From positions 11,331,263 to 11,395,262 of the forward strand of contig NC_134028.1 of NCBI RefSeq assembly GCF_964204645.1: a DNA stretch of 64,000 bases, written 5' to 3'. The notes beneath the pieces were generated by a model, which was given only the letters and a program-made list of their open reading frames with translations, was not told the origin of the DNA and searched no databases. Both the position numbers and the translations under genes were made by a program. Shown piece by piece: positions 10,519 through 22,870 of this stretch. The DNA is from Tubulanus polymorphus (lineage: Eukaryota > Animalia > Nemertea). Within the stretch, counting starts at the first letter, position 1. Each line of letters starts with the position of its first letter.

Positions 10519-12733
10519 TCTTCGGGGTCGATCACGGACCGGGGTGACTCTCCAGTATTGACTACAATCTCTACCCCAGCGGCGGTACCGAGGTCGTAAT
10601 CCGACTTCGCGAATACGTCCGCGAATTCACAAATCAAGGCCTCGATTTTTCTTTGTTCGTCGGGTTCGAATCCCTTAGTACTTCTTTCGATCAGGTGTTT
10701 GACATGGTCTGGGATTTCGGGTTTACTAGAGTGGTCTGGCGACCGACTATTCGTGACGTTATTCACTCGGAGTCCGTTATCTGGACAGGCAATTTTGGAA
10801 ATCGGAGATATCTTCCCGAGTGTGCAACCTCAAAAAACAGTCCTTGGTTGATCGGATAGATTGATTACTCGAATAGGAATAACCTCATTCTCCGTGTCTA
10901 CGATCCCCTTAGCGGCCAAAATATGTTTTGATATAGTCTTCGAGACTGCCGGTTCCACGATAGCCCACTTCCCTAATGAAGGTGACTTTTCAGCAATACC
11001 GGGTAAAATTACTTCGCCCCCAGGCGGGACAGACACGTTCTTTAACGCCGCGACTCGTATGTCTTTATCCGGTGTCTTAATGGCACGTGTGTCAATGTAC
11101 TGACGGCTTTTACTAACGACAGTACGACATTTCGGATAGATCTGACGATCGAAATGCGACAAAAAAATCCATGCCAAGAATACCGTCTTCGGTGATATCC
11201 GCTACGATCAGATCCCAAACTACTGTCCGGTCGAATATTTCAATCTTCGTCGTGATCTTACCGAGCACATTTAGATGACTATTATTAGCCGAAATTAGCT
11301 TCGACTGGCAAGGCAATAATCCCGGTCTTTCTTTAGACGGGATCTCATAATAACTACGAGAATTCAGTATGGAAGCGCAGCTTCCAGTATCAATAAGAAC
11401 ATCGCTGATCTCAGCGGTATATTGTAACGAGTCCGAACTTCCGGATATAATTACCTTATTAACTTCTAATTCGACAGCATGCGAGAGATTGAGGGTTTTC
11501 TGAGCAGTCGATCGAACTCTCACTGCATCGACTGCTGGGAGTTTCCCGCCGAACCGTTCGAACCTCGAAGTCGTGGGCAATTCGACTTGAAGTGTCCGAA
11601 CTCTTTACAGTGGAAACATTGTACACGTGAATAATCTCTCTTTGGCCTTGCGTCAAAACGACTTCGTTCGTTAGGACGTTGCTGCGCTTGTAAAATGTTT
11701 TCGAATAACGAGAACATCTTCGAAAATTCGGACTTGATCTCGGCCCTGAACTGTTCGACTTCACTGCCGACTCGAGCGCCATCTTTGACTTCTCGTACGA
11801 CTTCTTAGTTAAGCCATCGCGTTCGTCTTCGAGACGACGATAGCCTTCCAATTCTACCGCCATAGAGACTAATTCATTCAGGGTTGTACATCTACTTTGA
11901 TATAAAGCCATTCGAAGTTCACGATCGTCTAGCGCATCGAGGAAATGTGTCTTAATTAAACGATCTAGCTGTTCGGGAGGCATATCAGGGTATGCGAGCA
12001 AAGCTTTGGTAGAGAGGTCTTGGGACAATTCTCTGAGCGACTCCCCTCGTTTACGTCTTCGATTTCGTAATTCGGCTAAATACAGCTCGGCCTGTTGTCC
12101 AGGACCGAACCGACTTTCTAACGCTTGGCAAAGTGTATCGAAATCGACTCTCTCGTCAGGTCGGAGAGTACAGGCTAGTTGGCGAGCTGACCCACGCAAG
12201 TGAGTGAATAAAAACTCGGCTTTCATATAACCCGTCCATCCATTTATGCGAGCTATGGAATTGAAGACGGTAATATAATCGAGCCATGACTCGTTCCCAG
12301 AATAATATTCTGGTTCGACTCTCCCGAACCCTCTCGGAGTTATAGGATTGGGTCTATACATCTCGAATTCTTGTTGGCGGGCGCGGCGAAAGATTCGAGG
12401 AGTATTCAAAAATGCGCCTTGGTCTTCGTGAACATCATCGGGTACACTTGAATCTTGCGGGACGTTTCGTGTCTTTCTCATCGTGGATCGTGGGTTTGAA
12501 CGAGATATAGCTTCGTTCAAAGAGTGGAGTTCTCTCTCTATTAGGTCTCTTGAGGCATCGGGTTCAGCCCCCCTAAGTCTATTTTCCTTGGGTAAAGGCA
12601 AAACAATAGAGTCGCCGCAGGCAAGTAAGCGTTCGCTCGATGGGCGGTCACTAGAGATTTTATCAGAGGCATTTCGACCGTCGGGGTTTTTCGTGGACAG
12701 GTCAAATTCGAGCGGATTGCTTTGAGTTTTCAT
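10452..12733 (-). pseudogene. Gypsy gag and aspartic protease region broken by several frameshifts
   Basis: Gag 11459-12733, zinc knuckle CFHCKEFGHFKSNC in a second frame (11520-11717), protease LIDTGS (11113-11580), and further pieces at 10830-11177 and 10452-10766. Confidence 0.88.
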
Positions 12734-12853
12734 TTTTAGCTTTCAGTTCCTGAATCGTGGACATAGAAACGCATGTAATATTCTTGTTGAACAAAATGAC
12801 TTGTTACTTCAATTATGCGTTCAGACATGGAGTATTCGAGCAAAAAAACGACG

Positions 12854-12871
12854 ATCCCACCGCTGCCACCA
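12854..12871 (-). other. Primer binding site, tRNA-Leu type
   Basis: Minus strand TGGTGGCAGCGGTGGGAT, 3 nt from the 5' LTR; complementary to a tRNA-Leu 3' end (ATCCCACCGCTGCCA-CCA). Confidence 0.88.
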
Positions 12872-12874
12872 ATT

Positions 12875-14337
12875 TGTAGCGGCACGGGGTCGACAGTATA
12901 TACGGCTTTTAATCTTGGTAGCGAGAGCAGGTAAGTCCAGAATAGGCCCGCTTCAGGTGGGTACGCCTAGGTCGATTTTGCCCCTGGAGAGGACAGAATA
13001 AGGGGTCAATGACCGCCCTAGGACAATCGTCGATAAATACTATGCGATTTGCTAACTCGTGAGATTCGATTCGGTTTCCCCGCCTAAACATAACTCTGAC
13101 CAGTAGGGCCTACAGTCGGTCGAATTTCTCAAGAACCACAGCCGGAAGTCACCACTTTCGTTACGTCGGCCATTCGTAATCGAATCGACTCCGACCGTAA
13201 ATTCGAGAGAAACTAAAAATAGGCGATCGGTTTCTTCGACTATAAAATTTAAGTGCAGTCTGAATTTTATTCCGGTTTCCATAAGCTCTACCGAATCCCA
13301 CTGAATCTCGCGACAGTCATAGGCAAATAAGGCAATCGCATTACTAGAATAACATGCTCGAATATATATACTCCGAAAAATCGAACGCATAATCAAAAGA
13401 AGTAACAATTCATAGTTAAAAATGACATGTATGAATATTTATTGATTTATTCAGGTCGAGAATCGTGGCGAAATGAACAGGCTATTAGGATTTGACTAGG
13501 CCTCGGACCTCCGAGCGATTTCGGGTCTCGAGAGGCGGCAAGGGCGATTATCCGACTTCGAGAGAAACCCACGTTGTCAAGACAACGCAGATTACCCGAG
13601 TCATGATTCGAAAGAATTCGCTCGAAGCTCAGGCGATGAAAGTCTTCGAGCGAGAAAAGGTAGTGACTAATAATCGAGGCGAGTCCACTCGAAGTCGAAT
13701 AAACGTAATTCATACGGGATAAACGGCTATGATGTTCTTCCATTGCAGTGATCCTTGGTCGGATTCTCCTTTGATTTCGGGTTCAGATGAAGTATTCGAG
13801 CGGGGCCGGAGCCCTGTCCTAGGGACGTGGTTTGAAATGACTTATCGCATCATTCCGGGGTCAATACAGACCTGAATAAGGCAATTAGACTGTGCGTCTG
13901 GCGATTTTTAAGAGATCGATTATTCAGCGAGCGATTACAACCTCTCTATCGTCTCAAACACGGAATGTCAGGAATGCGGTTCTGACCGCTCTTAAATAGG
14001 CCGCATTCTACGCTGATTGGCTAATAGCCAAATTACTGCGCGATAAAAAATGCCGGCGCACGCGGCTTTGGGTAGGCGTACATGACTGGAATTTTCGATG
14101 AAGTATCTCGATATCAATCCTTATTTGGATATTTGCTATTAAGAGAGCAGAAACCCTTCACGGAAAAGACTTGGCAATATCCCAGGTAAAAGGAACTATT
14201 CCGTAAAACGGCCGTCTACGATGAGGTGATACGGCACTTCCGGATTTCAGCGATTTTGAATAGTGCGGCTCTGAATTGGCGAGTTTTCCTCAAAAGACGG
14301 ATATAATGCTATCGCGGACTGGTCATCAGGTCTGAAG
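12875..14337 (-). repeat. 5' LTR lacking about 27 bp at its outer end
   Basis: Identity to the left LTR stops after ggtctgaag; gttggttccatggtcaatctcgccaca is missing. Confidence 0.92.
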
Positions 14338-14734
14338 ATATTAACAAATTGCTTGTGTAAAACATATAAAACTGTTAAAGCCGTTCGTAGAACATATCTG
14401 ACGATACAGAAAGATTTATTGTCGTATGAAAGATAAAACAAACAAGGCTTTCAATTTGTAATCAACACTCCCAAAGCATGTTTTTTTCGCAAATATTCCT
14501 TTTCTCTATTTGATCACGGCGAATCTTCGCTCATAGATCTTCGATCTTTTGGGTGATTTTCTTTGGCCACAGACCACGCCGAACACCGGTGCCCCCGCGA
14601 AACCTATGTTTTTTTACAATGTAGAATTCTATATGAGTTGGGAAGGGCACTCGCCTCTATTTATTTATTCATTCAAACTTAAGACTGGCTGTGCGCTTCA
14701 TCAAGTTTCGACTTAGACATATTATTTAATCAAT

Positions 14735-14900
14735 GGGTACCACGAAACACAAGTTGTTTAATTGACACTGGTTACCACAGAACACAAATTATTTAATTGT
14801 CACTGGAGTACCACAGAACACGTGTTATTTCGTATTCACTGGGTACCAGCACTCGTTGTTTGATTGTCACAAGGTACCCACGGAACACTTGTTTTCATTC
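14735..14900. repeat. Minisatellite, about 35-bp units
   Basis: About five degenerate units of gggtaccac(a/g)gaacac..ttgttt.attg.cact. Confidence 0.7.
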
Positions 14901-15423
14901 TATGGTATATAATAAAACAATTTGTTTCGAACAAAATCTTTCTTATGAGTCGTTTGGATCGTTTAATCAATGTATAAATCACAAGGAATCGAACCCAACC
15001 ATGTTCCAGCAGACTAATTTAAAAGCGACTTTTGATAGAAATGTAAAACCTCTAAGAAACCGTGACGATAATACAGCCCATTTAACCAAACAGGAGCACC
15101 TGAGAAAGATCTATTATAGACATCAGGCGCAAAAAACATGCTATTCTTTTTTATAAATGGGTACCGGAATAGAGAAGAAATAGAAATCAAATCTATAGCG
15201 CCGAAATCGATAGCAATAATTAGAATGTTCAATAGAGTTTCCATTAGAATTTGAGTGGGCACGAGAGTCACACTGGGTATCACGAACTGGGTACTAGCGG
15301 ACACATGGCGTCTCCGTACACTGTTGGACTGATAACCGAATTTGGCCCAGAGTAGGTAGGGCCGGCAACCAGTCTAGTAGGTACCGCGGCCGAGACCGGG
15401 AATTCTGTATTTTCCTAACCAAG

Positions 15424-15561
15424 ATGGCAGCGGCTATGAAAAGCGTGCCGATCTTCAATTTCCCAGGGAATGAATCGTCAATAATCGGAATCAGTCCGGC
15501 CAATGAAGCCAAAAATGCAATAATGATATCACAAAAAAACCAAGGCCTTACTTTGTATGAT
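15424..15561 (+). CDS. NOL11: NOL11 exon 1 (MAAAMKSVPIFNFPGNESSIIGISPANEAKNAIMISQKNQGLTLYD)
   Basis: CAAGATGGCAGC start context, 46 codons, donor GTAGGT, phase 0; similar in length and character to the vertebrate NOL11 N-terminus. Confidence 0.75.
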
Positions 15562-17299
15562 GTAGGTAGCCTAACTTTCATAACATGCTAGATAATATGT
15601 GATACCACAGGGGCTCGTATCAAAAGTTTGGGGGTGAACTGTAGTGTAGCTTAGATCATCCAGTTGATGAGTTACACAGTATCCCTGGAACCATATATAT
15701 AATATGTAATAGATGAAATCTAAGTGACGGACGCTTCGTCACTGCAGCTTGATTTAATTTTTACGACTAAGATTAAGAAATCATAACGATTCGAAAACAA
15801 CCTCGTTCACGGAGTGTAACAAAACCACTCAAAATAATGTCAGTGACTAAAGGAACACCGAGAAAATTAATTGTTGTCAATGAAACTGCCAAGAAACTCT
15901 TACTATAACTCTTAAAGTCTATCAATTTTATTTCAATATTGAAATTGTTCTGTAGATTTGGGCCCCGAGCATTAAATTATTGAAGAAATTAAATCAATTC
16001 TTATTGTTAAGCTTGGAAAAATGAAAACTAATGCCATATAGTTAAGTGGTGGGGGAAAGATAGATGAAACTTCAACTTTAAGGTTCGATTAATTTCTGGT
16101 TATTAAAAATTTTGGCTTATATTTTGATTAGGAAAATTATGACGAACCTGTTCATTTCATCTGTAGATCTAATGGAATTCAGTTTTCTATGAAAATAACT
16201 TGACCCATTTCTTAACTAAATATAAACTGGTCTTTGGCTACCCGGGGTAGGTCGGTTTACCACTGCTAAAAAGATTACTATTTCGATTTGTATCAGGAAT
16301 TTTTCAATGGTTTATAAACCACTTTGCAAAACACGAAATGTAAAAACCGACATTATGGTGAAACTGAGACGGTTTGCGAGATTGAAGAATTTGACCTGGT
16401 GTTAATTTAGAGATTAGCTCCATTTGAAAAGTAAAGGAAGACAGGAAAAAAAGAAAGACACGTTGAAACGCATCGATCGCATAATTTTTTTCTGCCAGAA
16501 AAAAACTCGAATAAATCATCAGCAGTAAAATTCAAATGTCAATAAAAAAATTGATTTCTCGCGAAAAATATTCATTTGTCTCTAATTCTCGGGGGAATGT
16601 CGAGGGCCGGGAATCTACGGCTCAAAATTAATAGTGCAAGTGGCCAGCGGTAGCGAATTCCTTATTTGGTGAGAGAAGGGGCGGAGATTAATGTTTTTGC
16701 CGACCGCGATGTCGCTGCTCCTCGGAGCGAAACCGTGCCGATCCATCCTCGGGCCGCCGCGCTGCCGTGAAATTTTAAGCAAATCGTACAGCAACGCGAC
16801 TCATCGCAGTTTAAGGGTCATTAAATTTGATAAATAATTACATATTTCAGCGCTGCGGCTGGGGTTGACTGTCGCACGCGCGCACGAGAGCATAATTCTC
16901 CGGGATTCGAGCCTGCGATGGCACATTATGAGAATGCCGGTATGCTAGCGTATCTATTTAACACCCGTATTGCTCGGGTGACTTTTACTACCAACGGGTG
17001 GCGCTGTGTGTAAATTTCACATAAATCAACGACTTTCGGCTATTAGCGGTACTTAAGACCACTTGAAAACATCATAGTCAATTACGGTAGGGCCTAGTAG
17101 TGAAAATAAAAAGTTACAGTTCGGTGTACAGCACCATAGCACCCATATAATACCACATACATTTTATTCAGACTAAGGACTTAGTTAACACTGATCTTCA
17201 TTTCCATTAATTAATGATCTGTTGAAATAATTAGTAATTCAGTCTTTCGGTGGTTCGAGATAAAATGCCTGCAAAATAAGAACTAACGAACCAGGGCTG

Positions 17300-17960
17300 A
17301 CTACAAATTGCCCAACAGCTAAATTTTCCGAAACGACACAATAATGTTTAGTATCAAATAACTCGTGGCGTGGACCTTGGTCTATCAACTGACCAATGCA
17401 TGACCAGTACTGGCTATATAGTAAATTATCTGTTTTGCAAACAATTAAGTTATTTGGTGTCAAATAACTAGATATAATGTGGACATTAAACTAAAAATTG
17501 TTTAACTGACCAATGCTTGACCAGTACTGACCAGTTACCACTAACTAGAACCCACCATATGTAATTTATATGTTTAGTAAAGCAATAAAATCGTGTTTGG
17601 GCGTCGAGCTACTAGATACGGTGCGGGCTATGATCTAACAACTATTTAACTGACCAATATTTTACCAATACTGACCTTAAAGTAATTTGTTTATTCTAGA
17701 AGCAACACAGTCGTGTTTGGTGTCAAATAATTAGAAATGGTGTGGGCTTTCATCTAACAACTATTCAAGTGACCAAATCTTGACCAATACTGACCACATA
17801 GCTATATTTATCTGTTTCGGACACAACTTAGTCGTGTCTCGTATCAAATAATTTCATTCGGTCTGAAGGTAAATATAACAACTCTTTTACCTGTACAAGC
17901 TACACCAGTACTGTCTAATTACCGGTTAAATGTTTTTAGAAATAACACGGGGTATTGCCT
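17300..17960 (+). repeat. Degenerate tandem array (about 120-130 bp units) inside the Chapaev-like element
   Basis: Recurrent ctgaccaat..tgaccagtactg and tcgtgtttggtgtcaaataa. Confidence 0.75.
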
Positions 17961-20177
17961 GAATCCTTCGTCAGTACTACTCTTATTAAATGTGTTGTTT
18001 TAAAAGTCTTGTCCAATTTTTATTGTAGGAAGCGAGCTAACTTTGAAATTTCCCACTAAATGCCAAAGATTTTCACATCGGGTTTTGAACGAACAACGTT
18101 TCGATTTGTAATTGTAACGTGCGCATTTTAGCCTGTAACGTGCACATTTCACTAGTGTGAACGTTCGTATCGGTACCATTATGCGAAACTTGTCAAACTT
18201 TAGCGTTCAAGACGTTTAAACTGAACACTAAAGGAGATATTATATCATATATCATATCATATCTTATCATATATATGAATAATGAATAGATGGAAGATAA
18301 TGTAGTAGTTTTGAATGTTTCGTAACTGCTGTCCACTGACTGCAGATCATCAAAGTTAATCGCCTCATATGAAATATATATTCGTTATAAGGGATGTAGT
18401 AGTTCAGTGAGAATTCAAACTTATGGGTAATTTTAAGTGATCACAACGCTGACCAATAGAGAAAGCTGTATCACAACAAATGTGCGACTTACGTATCTTA
18501 TTGAAACATAGTAAAATACCGGAGAGTAAATGGGAGAACCCTGAATTCGAAACAATTCCACACTCGGATCGTTTACATTGAAAACACAATTTGCAATTTG
18601 TGGACATCCATTATTTCTGCACCAAAAGCATGAAGTATATTATCTTTGCTCGTAAAAATTTGTAATTTTGAGGAAGATTTTTGGCCTCGTTAACCTGTGA
18701 ACACGTCCTTCATATATTTTCTAAGACCGATCTTGATATAATGCTGAGAGTTTAGAGAAAATTATGGTAGGATGTAAACTTAGGCCGCTTCGTATCCGTG
18801 GAAGGTTGCTAATTATTGATCTTATACACAATAATCATAAGTACGTAACACGAGACTCCATAGAATATCGTTTTTCAATCATACGTACACAAATTATTGC
18901 GATATAAAGATAAATAGTACTTTAATATACTTTTTACTTCTTATACTGAATAGTTCTTTAGTAGTATTAATAAAGAGTGGATCAGCAGGCTACCTGAGCC
19001 CATTCCACGATTTGAGGTCAGTTGCCAAAAGTTAGTAAGTTTACATACCAGTGGATAGTTAACATTTAAAATGACAATTAAAACTTCATTGCTAAAAATA
19101 ACTTTGTATTCGTAGAATAGTCACACTCAAATGCGGAGAATTGATAATACCATAATACGATACGAAAATTCACTGTGTACAAATTCAAAAAGATGATCTC
19201 TAGTGAACGATCGAACATTGTGTCGTTATTTTCTAATGATAAAACTTGGTTCGAGATTTGAAATGTGTACATATTGGATCTTTTTCATATTAACAGTGTA
19301 TTTGGTCATGTATCATATTGTATAAAGGTTAATTTAAACTAACTGGTTTTAGAATTGTATCCTTAAATCCTGTAATAGAGGATGCAATCTTTTTGCGGCA
19401 AACAGTACAAATAGCTAGAAAAAGCAACGATAGTGCATTGGTAAACTTAAAGCAAGCGTACGTTGGTTGTTTAGGTTTTTCGTTGGGAAAACTAATGTTT
19501 AATCATTATTGAAATATCAGAGGCGAGCTTTTCCAGGAATTTACAAAGTTGAGCTTTACACAAGGAATTTTTTTGTAGTCCAATATCCGTGATTACCTCT
19601 GGCTTGGAGAGATACAATCTAAAACCAATCGTCGAGTCAAATATTCTACCACAATTTTCTATGATTAGTAAAAAGATTAAGTAATAGACATAGGCATGCA
19701 AACAGTAATATCTGAAGTCCACTCCATTTCAAACTCATTCATCTTTACACAAACTCCAACTTGTTGAACAGTTCAAAATCGCGTGGCTTGAATTATTACG
19801 ATAACTAAAATCAGGGACCACGATACTTGCTCATCTACACTGGCTTCCAATTTAACAAAGGATTGAATTTGAGTGTTTGATGTTGTAACAATAGGCCTAC
19901 CATACTGAATTACGGATTCACTTTCTACTTTTTGATTGAACATTTATATCACATATTGGGTCATTTCATTTTTACCAGTTGGCCTATAGGCCTAATTGGA
20001 AGAACCTATCCGTATATCATGTTTAATTTTATATAATCTGACTTTTGAGATGTCATTCAATCAATGCATTCATATGCGGTCGTCGCTTTCAAAAGCCACC
20101 ACGGACTGACTCCTTAGCGATACCTTGGCGGACGATCCCACACGTTTCGTGCTCCAGTCCTAGAATGCTCAATTATA

Positions 20178-20589
20178 AGGCGCTTTTACGAAATTGAATC
20201 TGATTCGGTTTAGCTAAATCCGATTCGATGTTGGAAAACGTAAGGATTAGTAAATCGAATCGTTTTTCGTAAATGAGTCGAATCAATTTATCAATCTAAA
20301 GGTCGCGATTCGAAAGAAAATGGGCGTCAATGGTGACCGAATTATTGATAGATGATGGTCTGCAATAGATGTCTTTAGCCTGCGGTCGAAGAGGACGCCA
20401 TGTTGGATTTCACTGACTAAATCGCCACTAACTTGCTCGCCTCGCCGATCAAGTTAGTCGATTTAATAAATCAATTTACTAAACCGCGTCCATAAACGAG
20501 TTGATTTACCAAATCGGATTCACTAAACCGCGTGCCGTAAACGTGAAACTTAAATCGATTTACAAAGATTCAGTTTCGTAAAAGCGCCT
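20178..20589. mobile_element. PIF/Harbinger-like MITE
   Basis: TIR aggcgcttttacgaaa / tttcgtaaaagcgcct; 3-bp TSD ATA. Confidence 0.8.
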
Positions 20590-22344
20590 ATAGTCGTCAT
20601 GAACACCCGATTTGAATTCAAATTCAAAAGACTCCTAAAAACGCACCTGTTTACTCGATTACTGTAAAGCGCCTTTGAGCATTTATATGCAAGAATCAGT
20701 GAAATTGGCGCTTTATCAGTTGTATTCATCATTCAAACCATTATTCTCCTTATCCTATGAATTTGGAGACCCATCCTTGCATGAGAATGAATATAATGTG
20801 ATTTCAATTAAAGATGACACATGGCCTCATATCATTACGTTATGTTTTTTAACGGGTGGGCGAGATTATATTCTTATGTTTTTGTTTCTCTGAATGTCGC
20901 TATTTAAGAGTTCAATAATAATTTCAGTCAACCAAACAAAGGATTTTTCTGTATGTTTCGTGTCCTGTTTTTCCATAACCCCAGGACTGCATTTTAGGTA
21001 TTTTTCATGGATGACCGAACGCTGCTGTCCCTTTCTAGTAATTTGATGATATCTGTCGAAATCTAAATTTTAAAAAGGAATCAGGCATATCTCCTTGTTT
21101 GACTAAGTAAGAACTCAACTTTAAGGGACACTCCCTTAAAGGCGCCGAAGTAAAATCATGTGTCGAGCGGAGATGATATTGTGTCAGAATTTCTTCAAAA
21201 GCGGAGAAAATTGAATATTTTGAAAATAATGATTTCACATGTATGTTTGAATCCGTTATAACTGGAGCAATTTTCATAAAAACATATCTATGGAATCAAC
21301 GAAATGTAATTAAGAAGAATACTATGTTTAAGATGTCATCAAAGGCATTTGAAAAAAGTTTTCTTATTTCGTCAACTGTGAAACTAGTGTCAACCAGATG
21401 TGTTCCCATTAAACGAACCGACTGCGAGCCGAGTCGATGTGAGATGTGACCTACACTGAAAATCTCAAGCACTACCACTGGTTTTTAGGTGCTTCTGAAT
21501 GTCGGCTGTTAAAAACCTAAACAATTGCCATTTGGAAAGGGCCTAGTTAGAGAAAATGCTAGATGTGTATATTGTGTGATATTTCATGTGCGTTTGGAAT
21601 TTAACCTTGTTTATAACGAAACACACATGTTCTTTTCTATTTTAGAAGAGCGCATGATAGTGCAATAAAGAACTGACAATGAAAAAGGGGTAACAGGTGA
21701 CTGATATCACACCGAATTTCAATTCCTATGAACACTTTTCATATAGTGAATTCTGTACAAGAGTTTAAAAAACTTGAAATATTAACGAAACAGTTTTTTG
21801 ACGGACAAATCGTTACCATCGAATTTTCAAAACTTTTTTAATGCCTTGGTGACCACTGGTCTAGTACGCGGTTTTCTGAATCAAAAGTGGCCAAGTTTAA
21901 AGAACGACAAATGATTACAAATATTAGGAGCCTAATGCGTTTAATGATTTAATTAATTGGCATCGCGCTGATTGGTTGAAAGACGGTTGTTAGTCATCTT
22001 GCCTGTGATTTAATAGTTTTTTTAAGCATCGATTAACCATAGATTTAATCTTATCATAACTTATTTGCAGGTGCTTCTCGCAAACATTTTCTATTCGTTT
22101 TCAAACGCAGTACTGTTCAGATGATTCGCGTCAAGCTTTGAGTCAAGTAGTAAAAAAGTTTATGTATTAGCATTACTATGCAGTCAAAATTACGCACTGC
22201 GGCAAGTGAGGTGCTGTGATCCAGATGTGTAACCTATTTAGGAGTAATATATTTCCATCATGTCAACGCCATTCAGAAACAGTAGCAAAACATACTGCTG
22301 GTCTCTAGAAATAACAATTCGACGACAACCACTTTCGAATTCGA

Positions 22345-22870
22345 CGATATTCGAGAAGTTTCACTTGGGCAGTGGTGGTCAGTGGTGGTCAGTGATGGTC
22401 AATTTATGAATTCTAATGGGGAATGCTTTCTAGTTTCACACCAAATGCGGTACCGGTATATCTTTCTTACATTCGAGAAGTTTCAATTGGTCAGTGGTGG
22501 TCAGTGAGGGTCAATTCATGAATTTTCAATGGCGAATCCTTTCTAGTTTGACACCATAACGCGGTATATCGTTCTCATATTCGAGAAGTTTGAATTGGTC
22601 AGTGGTGGTCAGTGATGGTCAATTTATCAATTCTCAATATCTATGGCGAATCCTTTCTAGTTTGACACCATAACGCGGTATATCGAACTCATATTCGAGA
22701 AGTTTGAATTGGTCAGTGGTGGTCAGTGATGTTCAATTTATGAATTTGCAATGATGATACTTCGGTAGTTTGAAAACAAACATGACTTGATAAATTTCCG
22801 AAATTCGCAGTCAGGTGTTCAGACTCGGGAATGTCTCAATTGGTCAGTTTCTGACCATCATTGTGTCACC
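22345..22870 (-). repeat. Tandem array (about 110-120 bp units) inside the Chapaev-like element
   Basis: Four or more units of attcgagaagtttgaattggtcagtggtggtcagtgatggtcaat...ttctagtttgacacca. Confidence 0.85.

Larger units (their letters stand above)
4941..14337 (-). mobile_element. Ty3/Gypsy LTR retrotransposon, near full length, with an extra 3' ORF
   Basis: Two LTRs about 99% identical by eye, PBS, PPT, gag-PR-RT-RH-IN order, and GAAG at both boundaries. Confidence 0.97.

Noticed and set aside
18404-18660. Cys-rich minus-strand stretch (DVH..CKLCFQC) as a Chapaev/RAG1-like N-terminal remnant
   Set aside because: Too short and frameshifted to support without a profile search.
22345-22870. 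CRISPR-like repeat-spacer look of the arrays here and at 17300-17960
   Set aside because: The spacers are similar to each other, the context is eukaryotic, and there are no cas genes.
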